NCBI GenBank assembly: GCA_964016885.1 | Contig: OZ024742.1 | Coordinates: 193,378,001 to 193,442,000, forward strand | DNA length: 64,000 nt | Origin: Eledone cirrhosa | Lineage: Eukaryota | Direction: 5' to 3' | Shown here: positions 25,010 through 39,000 of the stretch, in pieces | Position numbering within the stretch: the stretch's first letter is position 1 | Layout of the letters: every line of letters starts with the position of its first letter | Notes under the pieces: model-generated | The model's input: only the letters and a program-made list of their open reading frames with translations | What the model was told of the DNA's origin: nothing | The model's database searches: none | Program-made: the position numbers and the translations under genes

Positions 25010-25509
25010 GGTTTGAGGTTCACCACTGTATAGAGCTGGTCTATTCCGTATGGTCAATCGTAATGCAATAATATAGAGAGTACTCAACGTAAAGCAGTTC
25101 AACCGTCTTAGTTATATATAACTATCTATGTGTAATCATCGATAGTTAAATCTTTTCCTTTGCCATTGATCCAAGATTTCACATATACGATTCACCGATT
25201 AATGGTGAAATATAATTCTTCAATGGAATATACACAAAGGAGTTTAATCATTATTGCAAGGCATCTATATTCAAGGTTCTTGTCAATTTTTAATGTTACC
25301 TCCGTAACAATGTGTTTTTTACACTCTTTACAAATTATCCCCTGTAATTGTTCGGTGTGTTTATTTAATATATATATGTCATTCGACGTTTAATTTAATG
25401 TTTATATTTAGTGCTTGGAATCCTTGAGCTTATTCCACTATGGCGCATGTTTCTGATATTCTCAGACATGCCACTTTTAATCTAAATTTGGTAGCATTTA
25501 TATATATAT

Positions 25510-26780
25510 ATGTTTTTGTGTGTGTTGCGCATGTGTTGCATGCGGGTGTCACTGTGTGTTTATATTTGTTTATTTATTTGTTTATTTACATGTTACTGGT
25601 TGGTTGTTTATTCTATGTGTTTGTGTGTGTTCGTTTTGAAAAGAACTAGAGAGACACATACAACACTTCATCCACCGTATACAGTTCTCTGGTTACAATC
25701 AGAGTGATAAAATCAGAGTATATAGAGGAGCCAGAACCAAATGGGTAAAAATGTTAAATAATTATACAAATGAGACCTGCCCCTTGTATAGGAGCAAATT
25801 TTGGAATATAATAGAAAGAACTAGGAATAAGGTTAATAGAATAAACTCATGGTATGATTGCAATAAATACCAAAGTGTAATGTTCAACGATACAACCCCT
25901 ATAGGTGAATTAGCGAACAAATGTAGAAGGGCCCTAGATAAACATAAACTCAATATTAAGATAGTAGAAAGGCCAGTTACCTCCATAAAAACACTTATTA
26001 GCAATACATACCCTTTTCAAAGACCACCCTGTATATATAAGAAATGTATAATCTGTAAACTAAGCCCCCATACTATCTGTAAAACTAGAAATGTAGTATA
26101 TAGCATACGATGAACTGAAGGACAATGTAGAGATAAGAATATAGTGTACATATGTGAGACAGCTCGTAGTATAGCGGAACGGATAAATGAACACTGGCGA
26201 GAGCTTCAAGATAGTAAAGAATCATCTGTACTCCACCAACATGGTAAAATAGAACATAAGGGTAAATTAGAGAACAGAGAAATAAAAATAGAATCTACAC
26301 ACAGAAAATACGCAATGTTTAGACAAATCACAGAGGCAATAAACATAAATGAACACCAACCAAAATTAAATAGAAAACATGAATGGAACAGCAACATCAC
26401 AACTCACCATTAAGGACAAAATGAAAACACACACACACAGATAGAACTAACAACCAACCAGTAACATGTAAATAAACAAATAAATAAACAAATATAAACA
26501 CACACAGACACCCGGATGTAACACATGCGCAAACTAAGCACACAGCACACACAAAAACAAGATGGCGTAGGACAGAACAAAGGAGAGGCACAAAAACAAA
26601 GAAATTAATCCCCAGAACTTTGACAATATATGAACAATCGTCTGGTTGTGGAACTAACCAACCAATCGGAAATTTATAAATTCCTAAATTTATAAATTTA
26701 ATTCATAAAAAATAGAAGTGATACAGCTGGTGCGTGTGTTTCTTATTGACAACATGACCCTCCCAAAGTATAACAATATA
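25510..26780 (+). mobile_element. Penelope-like element 3' fragment (GIY-YIG) with inverted terminal copy (25510-25640 / 26417-26560)
   Basis: ORFs 25751..26113 and 26144..26413: CKTRNVVYSI, YICETARSIAERINEH, SVLHQH, RQITEAININEHQPKLN. Confidence 0.85.
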
Positions 26781-27033
26781 TATATTTATATATATATATA
26801 TATGAGTGTAGCATGAAACGTATAGTGAAATATCTATATTCATTATTATCTAATTCGTGAGATATTCATATTTTTGGCACTGTTATTATGTAACTAAAAA
26901 GTGGAGATCTTTGCAGCCGATATTTGTTTGTGTTGTAGCTGTTTTGAAGTTTACATATAACTCGCCGTTTATTTATGCACAAATGTTGTTCTTTATCTTT
27001 CTTCGTACACACACAAACACACACACACACACC

Positions 27034-27082
<49 letters not shown>

Positions 27083-27111
27083 GTGTGTGTGTATGTGTGT
27101 GTGTGTGTGTA

Positions 27112-27163
<52 letters not shown>

Positions 27164-27182
27164 GTGAGAGAGAGAGAGACAG

Positions 27183-27213
<31 letters not shown>

Positions 27214-27272
27214 TATATTGCAAAATAGATATATATACATCCAAACACACATGCATAGACACACTCACTCGC

Positions 27273-27338
<66 letters not shown>

Positions 27339-27463
27339 ATCTTGTGTGACGACCCTGTGATAAACAGGTGAAATTCTACTGTAATAGGACTCACTATTTA
27401 GCCTTAATAAATGAGTATATATATTTCTATATTATGCGTATTATGCGCGTATGTATGTGCATA

Positions 27464-27528
<65 letters not shown>

Positions 27529-29746
27529 GTGTGTGTATGTGTGTGTGTGTGTGTGCTTGTGTTTTGATGTATATATCCCAGAATGGTCATTAAATAAAAG
27601 TAAAAATGTTATATTGTAAAATATAAAAGAAAAAAATCAAAAACAGAAAAACTGAAGACAGTTTATGAGCTATTTTTGATGAAAAGGCTCTAAACAAGAA
27701 TATAGCATCATAAGGAGACAATCTGTCACAATATCGGACATAGAACTACTTTACGATTTGCTGAATTGAGATAAACCCATGGAATTCTCGCCGCTGTTGA
27801 CATTTATTATTTACCAGTACTGAAATCTTCTCAATTTCAGGGAGCAAGCAAGGACATTTACAACAATAACACTGATGATGATGATGATGATGATGATGAC
27901 GGTGGTTATGGTCGTCGTCGTTTTGGTGGTGACGGTGGTGATGATGGTGATGGTGGTGATGTTGATGGTGATGGTGATGGTGATGGTGATGAATAATGAG
28001 CCTCCGCCTATTTCAACAATGTGTATTCCACTGCTCAATCAATTTAACGTCTCCCTGGTAAATTATCGTATGTGTAAGCAGCAGAATATGCCAAAGACTT
28101 GTATTCTTAACGTTATACTCAAGCAAAATCACCGAGTTTACCAGCGCTTGGCCCCTGTCAGTACTTTAACAGTGCCTCCCCTTTTGTATTGGTTTGAACT
28201 ATATTTACCCCCCAAGGATAACTTCCCTTTCCCTAAGGCCATCTCGTTAGAGGTTGCTTTGTTTTAATTATAGGTGACCTATCCTATCTTATAAGCATTT
28301 ATCAGTGACAACATGGTGGATTTGAACTCAGAATGTACAAAACTAGAACAGATACGGCTACCATTTCCGGTAATTCACTGCTTATTGCACAGAAAGGAGA
28401 ATGAGAAAATAAACAGAGGAAGGGTTTACTCACGGATCACAGAGATCCAGAACAAATTCCGCAAAGTGTTTAATACCTGTTCTAAAAGATTTGGTATTTG
28501 CTACCTTTGTATGTTATTTGTCTATCAGAGGGAATGCTTTGTAGTAATATTTCCCCTTCTCTGCGTTCTTTAAGTTCAACCCCTGTTGTGGTCAACATTG
28601 CCTTTCAACCTTTCGAGGTCGAAAAAACGATTCTAGTCCAGAACTGGGGTTGATTCTTAATTTATTTCTCTACCCCCCCCCCCCCCTCTCCATCTCCTCC
28701 CACCCCCTCTCTCTCTCTCTCTCTCTCTGGCTCTCCTCTGATATAAATAGACGGTTTGCAAAGGTGAAGGGCGAATGCGCACTACAAGTTCTAAATTACC
28801 CACGTCACGACGTATCTCACGAATGCGTCTCTACACCTGAACTTACGGCTCCATACACACTCATTGATATATACTTATATACTTATTATTTAGCCCCTTG
28901 TCTTATGGAAATTTATTTTTAAAATGTTTATTTTACAATATTTCAAGATGAAAGTGCTTGTCAAATAATAGGAAAACAGTTTTCTGAATTATTACGTAAC
29001 CACAAAATATATTAAACAAAAACATGATTGAATTATGCTTTAAAAATATTTGGTTAGATAAACATTTAAAATTGTGTCTCAGATCCTATTGTGTTACTTA
29101 ATATCGTTTTGAACGTGTTGACAGTTCTAATCAGTTCAATTCAACATCTTGTCTAAAGAGGTACGAAGATAAAATACTGCAAAATTTCAAAATATGTTTT
29201 TACTCACTTTACTGCCGATAAAACAACATCGACAACACGACGAAACATTAAAAATATATCACTATTCTGAATCTCCTCAAAGAATATTGATTAAAACAAA
29301 GCTTATGTAAAAGCAATCTTATAAAGCTCGGAGCTAAAAATATCTGTATTAAGTAGCCATCATTTAAACTATATTTTCGTAAAAATGTATTTAACATAAA
29401 ACAACACTTAGATTAAAAGAGAATATTAGAAACTTGCTTACTTAACAGTTTTCTTTTTCTTCTGGCAGTGTAATTTTTTCGTTTATCACAGAATTTTTGT
29501 TTCAACTAGAGTGTAAAAGTATAGGTTTTTCGATTCTTCATGTTTAAAATTTTTCCTAAGTATTTGAGTGGAAAGCGAAACTTTTGCAACAATGAATTTT
29601 AAAAATATTCATATTGCAAAAAATATGTAGACTATCATTTAATTAACATTTTGCAAAATTTGTTTCGCACTGAAATCATTGTGTGCGTGTGTTTCCACAA
29701 ACCTGATTACCCTGACTATTGAAGCATGATGATCACGAGGTCTTAG

Positions 29747-29817
<71 letters not shown>

Positions 29818-29826
29818 ATATATTAT

Positions 29827-31780
29827 TTAGGAAAAAGAACAAAGGGAAGCACGTCAGCTCTGCAGACCCAAAAGTGTGTGCAGCCAGAGAACACCTGAAA
29901 GCTGCCAGGGACCAATTCTATGCTGATCCTACGGAGGAGAGGATGGAGACTGTGGAGGTGATGAGGGAAGAGCTCTGTACCGCTTACACTGAGGTCAGAG
30001 AGGAGGCACTGATAGAGAAGATCAGAAGTGTGGAGAGAGCGGTTGACAGATCTGGATGTAAGGAGAGCTGGATGATCATCAACGAGATCACAGGGAGGAA
30101 GAAAAGGTGTTCGAGTCAGATCCAGGGAACGGGGCCCGAGGATAGGAAGAGGAAATGGCTAGACCATTTTAGGACCCTACTAGGAGAGCCACCCTCCACA
30201 GCCCAGAGCACTGGGGAGATCAGGCGGCTGTTTGAGGAACTGGATGTTGAGACAGAGCCCTTCACCAGAGAGGAGCTTCAGAGAGCCAAGAAGAAGATCA
30301 AGGAGGGCAAGGCTCATGGAGAAGATGGAGTAGCATCAGAGGTGATGAAGTGGTGTGATTTTGATGATATCATCCTGGGGTTCTGTAACGGGGCACTGGA
30401 GAAGGGAGTTGCCCCGAATCAGTGGAGGATCAGTAACATCGTCCCAGTGCCAAAGAAGGGAGATCTCTCTAACACCAACAACTACCGGGGGATCTCACTG
30501 ACGTCACTTGTGGCAAAGACCCTCAACAGGATGATTCTTAACAGGATCCAGCCTGAGATGGAGAAGAAGCTCAGGGACAACCAGAACGGCTTCAGAGAGG
30601 GTAGATCAACCACCAGTCACATCCTGATGCTGAGGAGGATATTAGAGGGAGCTAGAGCAAAGTGCCTTCCTGCGGTCATGGTTTTCATTGACTTTAGGAA
30701 GGCCTTTGATTCTGTGGACCGTTACTGCCTGATGAAGATCTTACAGGCTTATGGAATCCCCAAGAGGATAGTGGACCTGATATCACTGCTCTACACCAAC
30801 ACCAAAGCCCAAGTCATTACACCTGATGGGATGACAGAGTTCTTTGAGATACTGGCTGGAGTGCTCCAGGGAGATACATTGGCTCCCTACCTTTTTATCA
30901 TCGTAGTGGACTATTGTATGCGCCTTGCACTGGAGAAACACCAGGACTCTGGCTTTACTGTAGCACCGGCTCAGAGCAGGAGAGTTGGGGCGAAAAAGGT
31001 ATCGGATGCTGAATTTGCCGACGACATAGTTTTGGTGACAAATACAGTGAAGGAGGCAGAGGATTTGATGCGGGAGGTTGAGACTGTGTCGATGAGTGTG
31101 GGGCTGAGAATGAATGAGACTAAAACAAAATATCTGGTAGAGAATGTTGAGAAGCCAGAGGGGATCACTAATGTAGGCGGGAAGCCGCTGGAATTGGTTG
31201 AGGACTTCCTGTATTTGGGAGCAAAGATTGGGAATACGGAAGATGATGTGGTTGAGAGGAAGAGCAAGGCCTGGGCAGCGTGCCACAGCTTGAGATCGGT
31301 GTGGAAGTCGGACCTTCGTAGAGACCTGAAAGTCCGCCTCTTCATTGCTGTAGTGGAGTCTGTGCTGCTGTATGGGTCTGAGACTTGGACACTGACCAAG
31401 AGACTCACTCAGATGGTGGATGGGTGCTACACGAGAATGCTGAGGATGGCTCTGAACATTAATCAGTATACACTGAGGATGAAAAACTCAGAGCTGTATG
31501 GGAGCCTCCCAAAAGTCAGCTCAAAAGTGACACAGAGGAGACTGAGGTTGGCTGGACATGCTCACCGACATCCAGAGTTGACATTGCACTCCGTGCTCCT
31601 TTGGGAGCCCCTACATGGACACACTGGAAGAGGAAGACCAAGGTTAACATATGTTGATGCCCTAAGGACAGACACTGGTCTGTTGGAGACGCAGGACATG
31701 GCAGCGATAATGAGGGACAGAGACCGCTGGAGAGAACTCGTCCATGGATCTCGGGAATTTTACCCGCCTTAGATAGATAG
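29827..31780 (+). mobile_element. Young 5'-truncated RTE-clade LINE with (TAGA)n tail and probable TSD ATATATTATT
   Basis: Uninterrupted RT ORF. ATATATTATT at 29817-29826 and 31781-31790. Much higher GC than flanks. Confidence 0.88.
29874..31772 (+). CDS. Non-LTR reverse transcriptase (RTE clade), N-terminally truncated, no APE domain
   Basis: PVPKKGDLSNTNNYRGISL, QNGFREGRST, FIDFRKAFDSV, GVLQGDTLAPYLF, FADDIVL, FLYLG, VLLYGSETW, GRGRP. Confidence 0.9.
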   Translation: MCAAREHLKAARDQFYADPTEERMETVEVMREELCTAYTEVREEALIEKIRSVERAVDRSGCKESWMIINEITGRKKRCSSQIQGTGPEDRKRKWLDHFRTLLGEPPSTAQSTGEIRRLFEELDVETEPFTREELQRAKKKIKEGKAHGEDGVASEVMKWCDFDDIILGFCNGALEKGVAPNQWRISNIVPVPKKGDLSNTNNYRGISLTSLVAKTLNRMILNRIQPEMEKKLRDNQNGFREGRSTTSHILMLRRILEGARAKCLPAVMVFIDFRKAFDSVDRYCLMKILQAYGIPKRIVDLISLLYTNTKAQVITPDGMTEFFEILAGVLQGDTLAPYLFIIVVDYCMRLALEKHQDSGFTVAPAQSRRVGAKKVSDAEFADDIVLVTNTVKEAEDLMREVETVSMSVGLRMNETKTKYLVENVEKPEGITNVGGKPLELVEDFLYLGAKIGNTEDDVVERKSKAWAACHSLRSVWKSDLRRDLKVRLFIAVVESVLLYGSETWTLTKRLTQMVDGCYTRMLRMALNINQYTLRMKNSELYGSLPKVSSKVTQRRLRLAGHAHRHPELTLHSVLLWEPLHGHTGRGRPRLTYVDALRTDTGLLETQDMAAIMRDRDRWRELVHGSREFYPP

Positions 31781-31784
31781 ATAT

Positions 31785-31960
31785 ATTATTGAAAATATTA
31801 AGAAATGGATAGATTCACATAATCAAAATATATATTTAATTACATATATTTCGGAAGTACTGTGTTGTTTTTTCAGTACGTCCTCATCAGATAAAATACA
31901 TAAATTGATGTATGACATACCTCAACTGTGCTGATGGTTCAATTCCAGTCTTGGCAGTAA
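31785..31960 (-). ncRNA. HHR-bearing pLTR-type arm, family 6 (HHR ~31836-31895; homolog 51480-51632 on + strand, HHR ~51517-51580)
   Basis: tttat-CTGATGA-gga cgtactg..cagtac ttcc-GAAA-tatat. The 51.5-kb copy reads tttgt-CTGATGA-ggac..cagtaccttt-GAAA-tatatata; downstream tattttgattatg is shared. Confidence 0.7.
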
Positions 31961-32149
31961 TTTATTACAACAAAACTCAATATTTATATACCACAAGTAA
32001 AAGTGTGACAAACTAAATATGATAGAGAGGGATAATTAGCGAGATATAATTATTAGGAGTGTGTGAGTAGGAGAAAGTATAGAATATGTAAATAAATAAA
32101 TAAATAAACACATAAGTATATAAAAGTATTACTCTATCTTCAATAGACA

Positions 32150-32850
32150 CACAATTAAACTTTCGTACTCAACAACCATGAATATGGCTCAAAATATTGC
32201 TAAAATTAATAGCAAAATTCTTAATTCAAACCAACATATAATCAACGACAATAACAATAGTAATAATAATAATACAATAGTTATTGAGAATAACTATAAC
32301 AATAATTTAAACACTTATTGTAGAACTCCTACACATAATAACAATGATAATATGAACAGTGTGGATTATAGAAATAGCACGAAATTGAACTGTAAATGTA
32401 AAAGGAAATCTGAATGCCTTTACAAAATAACTGCCTTGATAAGAATTTAGTTTATAAATGTACCATCAAAACAAATAATGATATTACTTATAACTACGTA
32501 GGTGCAACTTCATTGAACTTTAAACTTAGATTTTCCAATCATAAACATTATTTTTCTAATCCAGATAAAACATTGTCTACAATTAATATGGTCTTTAAAA
32601 GAGAAAAATATGAAATACTGAATTTCTTGGATTAAACTTAGAAACTCAGAATCCTATCGGAACCATTCCATTTCACCTAACTGCAATCTTTGTAATTTTG
32701 AGACTCTATTAATAATTGCTAATTATGGTAATTTAATTAATAAAAAAAGTGAATTATTTTCAAATTGCCTCCATAAAGCTACAAACACATTTCAAACATC
32801 ATATACATTTAGGAAAAAACATTGTCTGAGTGAGAAAAGATATTGACTTT
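32150..32850 (+). mobile_element. Penelope-like (Neptune-type) GIY-YIG fragment
   Basis: CKCKRKSEC/PLQNNCLDKNLVYKCTI..NYVGATSLNFKLRFSNHKHYF..CNLCNFE..LINKKSELFSNCLH across frameshifts. Confidence 0.85.
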
Positions 32851-32859
32851 TATTAATAA

Positions 32860-34259
32860 CTAGCAGTAAAGCCCGGCGTTGCTCGGGGTCGCTCAGTAGC
32901 TGTGTTAAAGTTACAATGTTAAGTTTCTTTTTTGGCTTAAAAACTGTAGTGTCTACTGTGCAGACTTGCATGTGGTGTTTTTGATTAATATTCCCTCAAC
33001 CAACAATATGCCTTATGAAGTTAAGAAAACATAACGATAACCCGAATGTTATAACAAAAGAGGAAATATTTGCTTGTTTTACGTAGTCTTTAAATAGACT
33101 TTTTTTCAAGTAAAAATTTTGTTTTAAAAGGCTTTTAAATGGAAATGAAGCAAAACGGAAGCTTAGTGTTCGAACTGATGAATTTTGCAGGTCAAAATTT
33201 TGCTGGCTCGACAACTGTTCGTGTATTGTGCTAATGTCATTTTAAACGCTGAGAAAGCCAGCGTAATTTTTTTAATTTTTGCACGCAGAAAATGTAAACA
33301 GAACGTAAGACGCTCAATGTAAACAGAACAAAGGGAAATAACTCGTCACTTACGCTCAAAAATCGATACATTAGATTCGATTTCGTCACATAGGGTGGGT
33401 CAATTTGAAATTTTTTTTTCCGATGTCTTCGCTAGGGCTGTACAAGTATAGCAATTTCGTAGTACAATGTACAAGTATAGCAATTTCGGTGCAATTCCGT
33501 CAGAGATTCTAAGAGGAGATGTGTGCCAAAAATCGATAGACAGACAGACAACCACAGCTTTATATATATAGATGACATAATCAAAAACAAGAACTTATTT
33601 GAACATTTATTTGACCGATGGTACCGCCGGACCTTCATCTATAAGTGTAGCAATTTCACCGAAATTTGAACGTACGGTTTAAGAGGAGATGTGTGCCGAA
33701 GGTTTTAGTAGACAGACAGACAACCTCAGTTTTATATATATAGATGACATAATCAAAAACAAGAACTTATTTGAAAATGTATTTGACCGATGGTTCCGCC
33801 GGACCTTCATCTATAAGTGTAGCAATTTCACCGAAATTTGAACGTACGGTTTAAGAGATGTGTGGCGAAGGTTTTAGTAGACAGACAGACAACCTCAGTT
33901 TTATATATATAGATGACATAATAAAAAACAAGAACTTATTTAAAAATTTATTTTACCGATGGTTCCGCCGGACCTTCATCTATAAGTGTAGCAATTTCAC
34001 CGAAATTTGAACGTACGGTTTAAGAGGAGATGTGTGCCGAAGGTTTTAGTAGACAGACAGACAACCTCAGTTTTATATATATATAGATGACATAATCAAA
34101 AACAAGAACTTATTTGAAAATTTATTTTACCGATGGTTCCGCCGGACCTTCATCTATAAGTGTAGCAATTTCACCGAAATTTGAACGTACGGTTTAAGAG
34201 GAGATGTGTGCCGAAGGTTTTAGTAGACAGACAGACAACCTCAGTTTTATATATATAGA
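32860..34259 (-). mobile_element. Non-autonomous Helitron with four extra tandem ~172-bp 5'-end modules
   Basis: Minus strand starts A|TCTATATATATAAAACTGAGGTTGTCTGTCTGTC and ends CCCGAGCAACGCCGGG hairpin..CTAG|T. Canonical TC/CTAG ends, A|T target, no TSD. Confidence 0.88.
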
Positions 34260-34264
34260 TTATT

Positions 34265-34562
34265 GTTTTTATTAGTATTATGTAAAATGTTTTACCTCAC
34301 CATATATTTATATATTCGGAAATGTTCGTTGTCCGACCATATCTTAAAGAAGGGAAAAATTGTGAAATTTCCCTTTCCGTATGTTGAGAAGTGTTCACTG
34401 CATGTTGTGTTTCTGACAGAGGGGTCTCTAGCTTGTTGTTTATGTACTCTAACTCTGTCATGAAGACCCGATTCGGTTTCACCGATATAGTATTCTTTAC
34501 ATTGTGGGCAGGTTGCACAGTAAACGAAGATTTTTGTTTTGCAATTCATGTTTGCATTTACT
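34265..34562 (-). mobile_element. Penelope-like GIY-YIG fragment
   Basis: NANMNCKTKIFVYCATCPQCKEYYIGETESGLHDRVRVHKQQ..CSEHFS..FTIFPFFK. Confidence 0.88.
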
Positions 34563-34715
34563 GTGTGTATGTGTGTATGTATGTATATATATATGTGTAT
34601 GTGAATGTGTATATATATATATGTGTGTGTGTGTATGTGTGTGTGTATATATGTATGTCTGTGTGTATATATGTGGGTGTATATGTGTGTGTGTATATAT
34701 AGGCGTATGCATGTG

Positions 34716-34747
<32 letters not shown>

Positions 34748-34849
34748 TATATATGTATGTGTATATATGGGTATGAAGGTATGTGTATATATGTATTTAT
34801 GTGTGTGTGTATGTGTTGATATGTGTGTGTATGTGTGTGTATGTATGTT

Positions 34850-35630
34850 CCCTATATGGACTGTAAATATATTTACATATAGGGAGGTGAATATGTGAGC
34901 TAGCATGCCCACCCCCTACACTTCCTCTCCCAAATCAATATCAATAACACATTTCTGACAAATGTTCCCAAACTATCCTTCTTTTCTCTTTTTACTGTCA
35001 TCCCATTCTCATCAAAAGACATGTATCTTACACCTCATTAAAACCCAGACACGCCCTTAAATTAATCTTTGATATATAAATGTGTAGAAGATATTATTTA
35101 TAAATTTAAGAGAGTTAATTCATCTATGCCATTATAAACTCATCAAAGGTCAGCTAATGAAATAAAACCAGCAGGAGGGGATGTTTACAACCAACTTTTC
35201 AAACACCCTTTTCTTGCAACCTCACCATTTTCGGAGTGTTTATATATATATAAGTGTGTGTGTGTGTATGTGTGTGTGTGCGTGTATATGGGTGTGTGTG
35301 TGCATGCTTTAATTCCTCCAAATCTTCATCCACACGCATTAACACCACAACCCACACCCCAGACATATCCAAATCTCTCTTATATATAGAGTCACACATC
35401 TCAACACAACGTGGTCTCAGTTTGACAATCGCCACCGACGAATGCAAGAAAGTTCTCCAACAAAGTTAACCAGGAATCTTTAAAATTCTTCCCAACGAAG
35501 TTAACAAAAAACTTACTAGACCTACCAACTTATAATATTATAATATTTTAAAATTAAATCAAATAAATTAACATTACAAGTGAAGTCATTCTTTTCCTTT
35601 TTTTCAAATATACCCACTGTACACACATTT
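34850..35630. repeat. Unclassified interspersed repeat, parts A+B nearly contiguous
   Basis: Matches 2312-2760 and then 4890-5225 in the same order and orientation, separated only by a short (TA)/(GT) tract. Confidence 0.78.
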
Positions 35631-35634
35631 TCTA

Positions 35635-35682
<48 letters not shown>

Positions 35683-35686
<4 letters not shown>

Positions 35687-35865
35687 TGTTTCTACTTTAG
35701 GCACAGGGCCAGCAATACCCAGTGCATTACTGGTACTTTATTTTATTGACCCCGTAAGGATGAAAGGCAAAGTCAACCTCGGCGGAATTTGAACTCAGAT
35801 CGTAAAGGGACGTAACTATGCTGGAAAGCATGGTGTCCGACCATCTACCGAATCTGCCAATCCAA
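35683..35865 (-). mobile_element. tRNA-derived SINE (same family as 9272-9815) with long (AAT)n tail
   Basis: Same core and tail sequence; the (TAA)n tract 35635-35685 is its 3' tail. Confidence 0.88.
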
Positions 35866-35947
35866 TAGTTTTCCACCTTCAATTTACAAGCATATACTCA
35901 GAGTAGGTTCATTCACTCAGGCTATTCTTGCCATTACTCTTATTATT

Positions 35948-35991
<44 letters not shown>

Positions 35992-36064
35992 GTATATTAT
36001 ATTATTGTAATGCACTGGGTGATTGCTGGCCTTGTGCCTGGAGTGGAGACAATTATTAATAATT

Positions 36065-39000
36065 TCATTCTTAAGCCACGCAATGCTCACATTAAGGAAC
36101 CACTCATGATAATAACAATTTAAAAAAAACAACAAAAAGAAAACCCCGTGACCAAGAAATACCAGGATGGCGGCCTGCGGGGAATAGGCGTGTCCCTAGG
36201 GGAGAACGACCCCTCTAGTCTTGGTTGACACTCGTTCTAGAAGTGGTAACACGAAATGATTACCCCTTGGCGGATAAGGATAAAACGCGACAAAATAAAG
36301 TAAATGTCTAATGATAAAATCTCATACCGGATCGGCCGTCTCCCGGGTAAAAAAGGGCCGCGTCCCTCAGAGAGGAACCAGACTGGGGTCGAAAAATCAG
36401 CTAATGGTTCAAACCTTCCCATCACTTCGGAGCTGGAGACCTCCCATAACCGGAATACTCCTACTGTTGGCCCTCCATGCTCACCACCAAGAAATCCAAA
36501 GAAAAAGAGAGGAAAATGGTCAAAAGAAGATAATAAAGAAGTCCATGAGGCTTTCTACACTGCCATATACTACCCATCAAATACATCGAATACAGAACAG
36601 ACATATATCAACTGAAACATCCCGAAAACAGAGACTATATTGACAGTAACAAACTAGCCAATATACGAAGAAATATTGTAAGAAAAAAGGTACTAACTGA
36701 TATAGAAATTGATCAGATCAAGCTATTAGCACAAAGTCAGCGAAGGGAAAATGAAACATGTGTCAGTGAAAACGAGGTAAACTGTAACACTTCAAATCCC
36801 AGAGTTGGGGCGGAATCACTGGCAACAGAACAAATTAAAGAAAGGATCGAAAAAGTGGAGGGAGTGCATGCTCAGGATGAAACTCCAAATGAAAATAATG
36901 AGATCGTAAATGATAAAGAAATCAATGAGAATGAACTTGCCAACTTGAAGGATGAAATTATGATCGAATGGTTGAAAATGAAAGAATCTGACATGGGGCA
37001 ATGAGACACCCTCCCTAAGATCCAGAACACCAAACAGAACCAAAAGATACACAAGACTAACATAATTCTCAAAAACATTATCATCACAAACAAACTAAAC
37101 TTTACTGATTTAAATTATCTCTATTATGCATCGGCTAAAGTCACCACTCACTTATGTGGAGTGAAGATGAAAAAACAAAGGAATTCATACAAGAAATCTA
37201 CTTCGCAAGAGAACATCAATCGACAAATAAACCTTCTCCGATCTGACATAGAAATTTTAACAAACTATAAAGTAGGTTAACATGTTAAACAAACTAAACT
37301 TAGAAAATTGAAAAAAAATACAGTATAAAATCAACAAGTGACATAGACATGCTGATAGAAATAATCAAACAAAAAGTGTCGGCCAAAGCTGCTCGTATAA
37401 GGCGCTTTGAAAAACGATCTAGATTCTATAAGGACAATAATATGTTCAAAAACAAACAAAGAAACTTCTACAGAAAAATTGGTAAGTCAACAATAACTGC
37501 TAAATCAATACCACCCAAGGAGGAAGTGCAAGATTGCTGGGAAAACATCTGGGCCGAAGAAAAAGTTCATAACATACATGCCCCATGGATAGACAGACAA
37601 ATGAAAGATACAGCTCACCTTGAGGAACAAATATGGGAAAATATAACAGTTGAACAGTTGCGCTTGGCTCTAAGAAAAACCAGCAAATGGAAATCCCCAG
37701 GAAAAGACAAAATACAAAACTTTTGGATAAATGCCTTCACCAAGTCTCATGAGCTGTTAGCCCAACTTTACAATGAAATACATAAGGAGCCAGAAAAGAT
37801 ACCTTCATGGCTAGTTAACGGCATTACATTCCTGCTTCCGAAGAATGATGAGACAAACAATCCCAAAAATTACAGAACGATAACTTGCTTGACCACAATG
37901 TATAAAATTTTAACATCAGTCCTAACTGAATACACATATGACCACCTGATAACAAATGACCTATTTCCCATTGAGCAGAAAGGGTGTAAACGAGGCTCAT
38001 ATGGCTGTAAGGATCAGATTCTGGTTAACAAAATGATACTGGAAGATTGTCATAATAGACACAAACATCTATCGATTGCTTGGATAGATTATAAAAAAGC
38101 ATTCGATAGTTTGCCACACAGTTGGATTGAAAAATGTTTAGAGATTTTCAAAATATCCCCCGTTGTCAGGAGGTTTTTGTCATTCAGTATGAAGACATGG
38201 AAAACGACACTCCTTTTGAATAGTGAAACAACATCACTGGAAGCTGGAGAAGTTAATATTAATTGTGGAATTTTTGAGGGTGACTCTTTATCACCGCTTT
38301 TATTCTGCATCGCAATTATACCATTAAGTAAAATGCTCAATGAAACAAAACATGGATATAAAGTCTATGACAAAACCATTAATCACCTGTTCTACACGGA
38401 TGACCTGAAACTATTTGCAAAAAATGATGAACAATTGCTATTATCCACTGTGAAGCAGTTCAGTGATGACATTAAAATGGAGTTTGGACTAGATACATGC
38501 GCCAAAGCAACGTTCACCAGAGGAAAACTGCTGAAGAGTTCAGACATTAATCTTGATCGGGGAAACGTGATAAGAGAACTTGATCAAGAAAAAACTTACA
38601 AATATGTAGGTGTTTGTGAAGGAGACGGAATCAAGCACTCGACAATGAGGGAAAGGATAAGGAAGGAATGTTACCGCAGAGTAAGAGCAATCTTAAGAAC
38701 GGAATCGAATGCAAGGAATAGGATCGATGCCATAAACAAGCTTGCCATACCAGTAGTAACCTACAGTTACAATGTCATCAAATGGTCAAGCACAATTCTT
38801 AACCATGCACAGAATGCATCACCCTAAGGCAGATATAGATAGAATATATCTCCCTAGGAAAGAAGGAGGACGTGGGTTAATCCAGTTAGACATTGCGTTG
38901 AAAACTGCAACAATTGGATTATCTACATATCTAAGGGGATCACATGATTGGATGATCAAACTCGTTTTGAAACACGAAATCATCAAAAGATCATATTCCA

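Noticed and set aside
30783-31408. Antisense ORFs over the RTE (and similar ones over the Dong and Tx1 elements)
   Set aside because: Shadow frames of retroelement coding sequence.
33574-34259. Regular ~172-bp repeats as a CRISPR-like array
   Set aside because: Units are nearly identical along their whole length with no unique spacers; eukaryotic context; explained as Helitron 5' ends.
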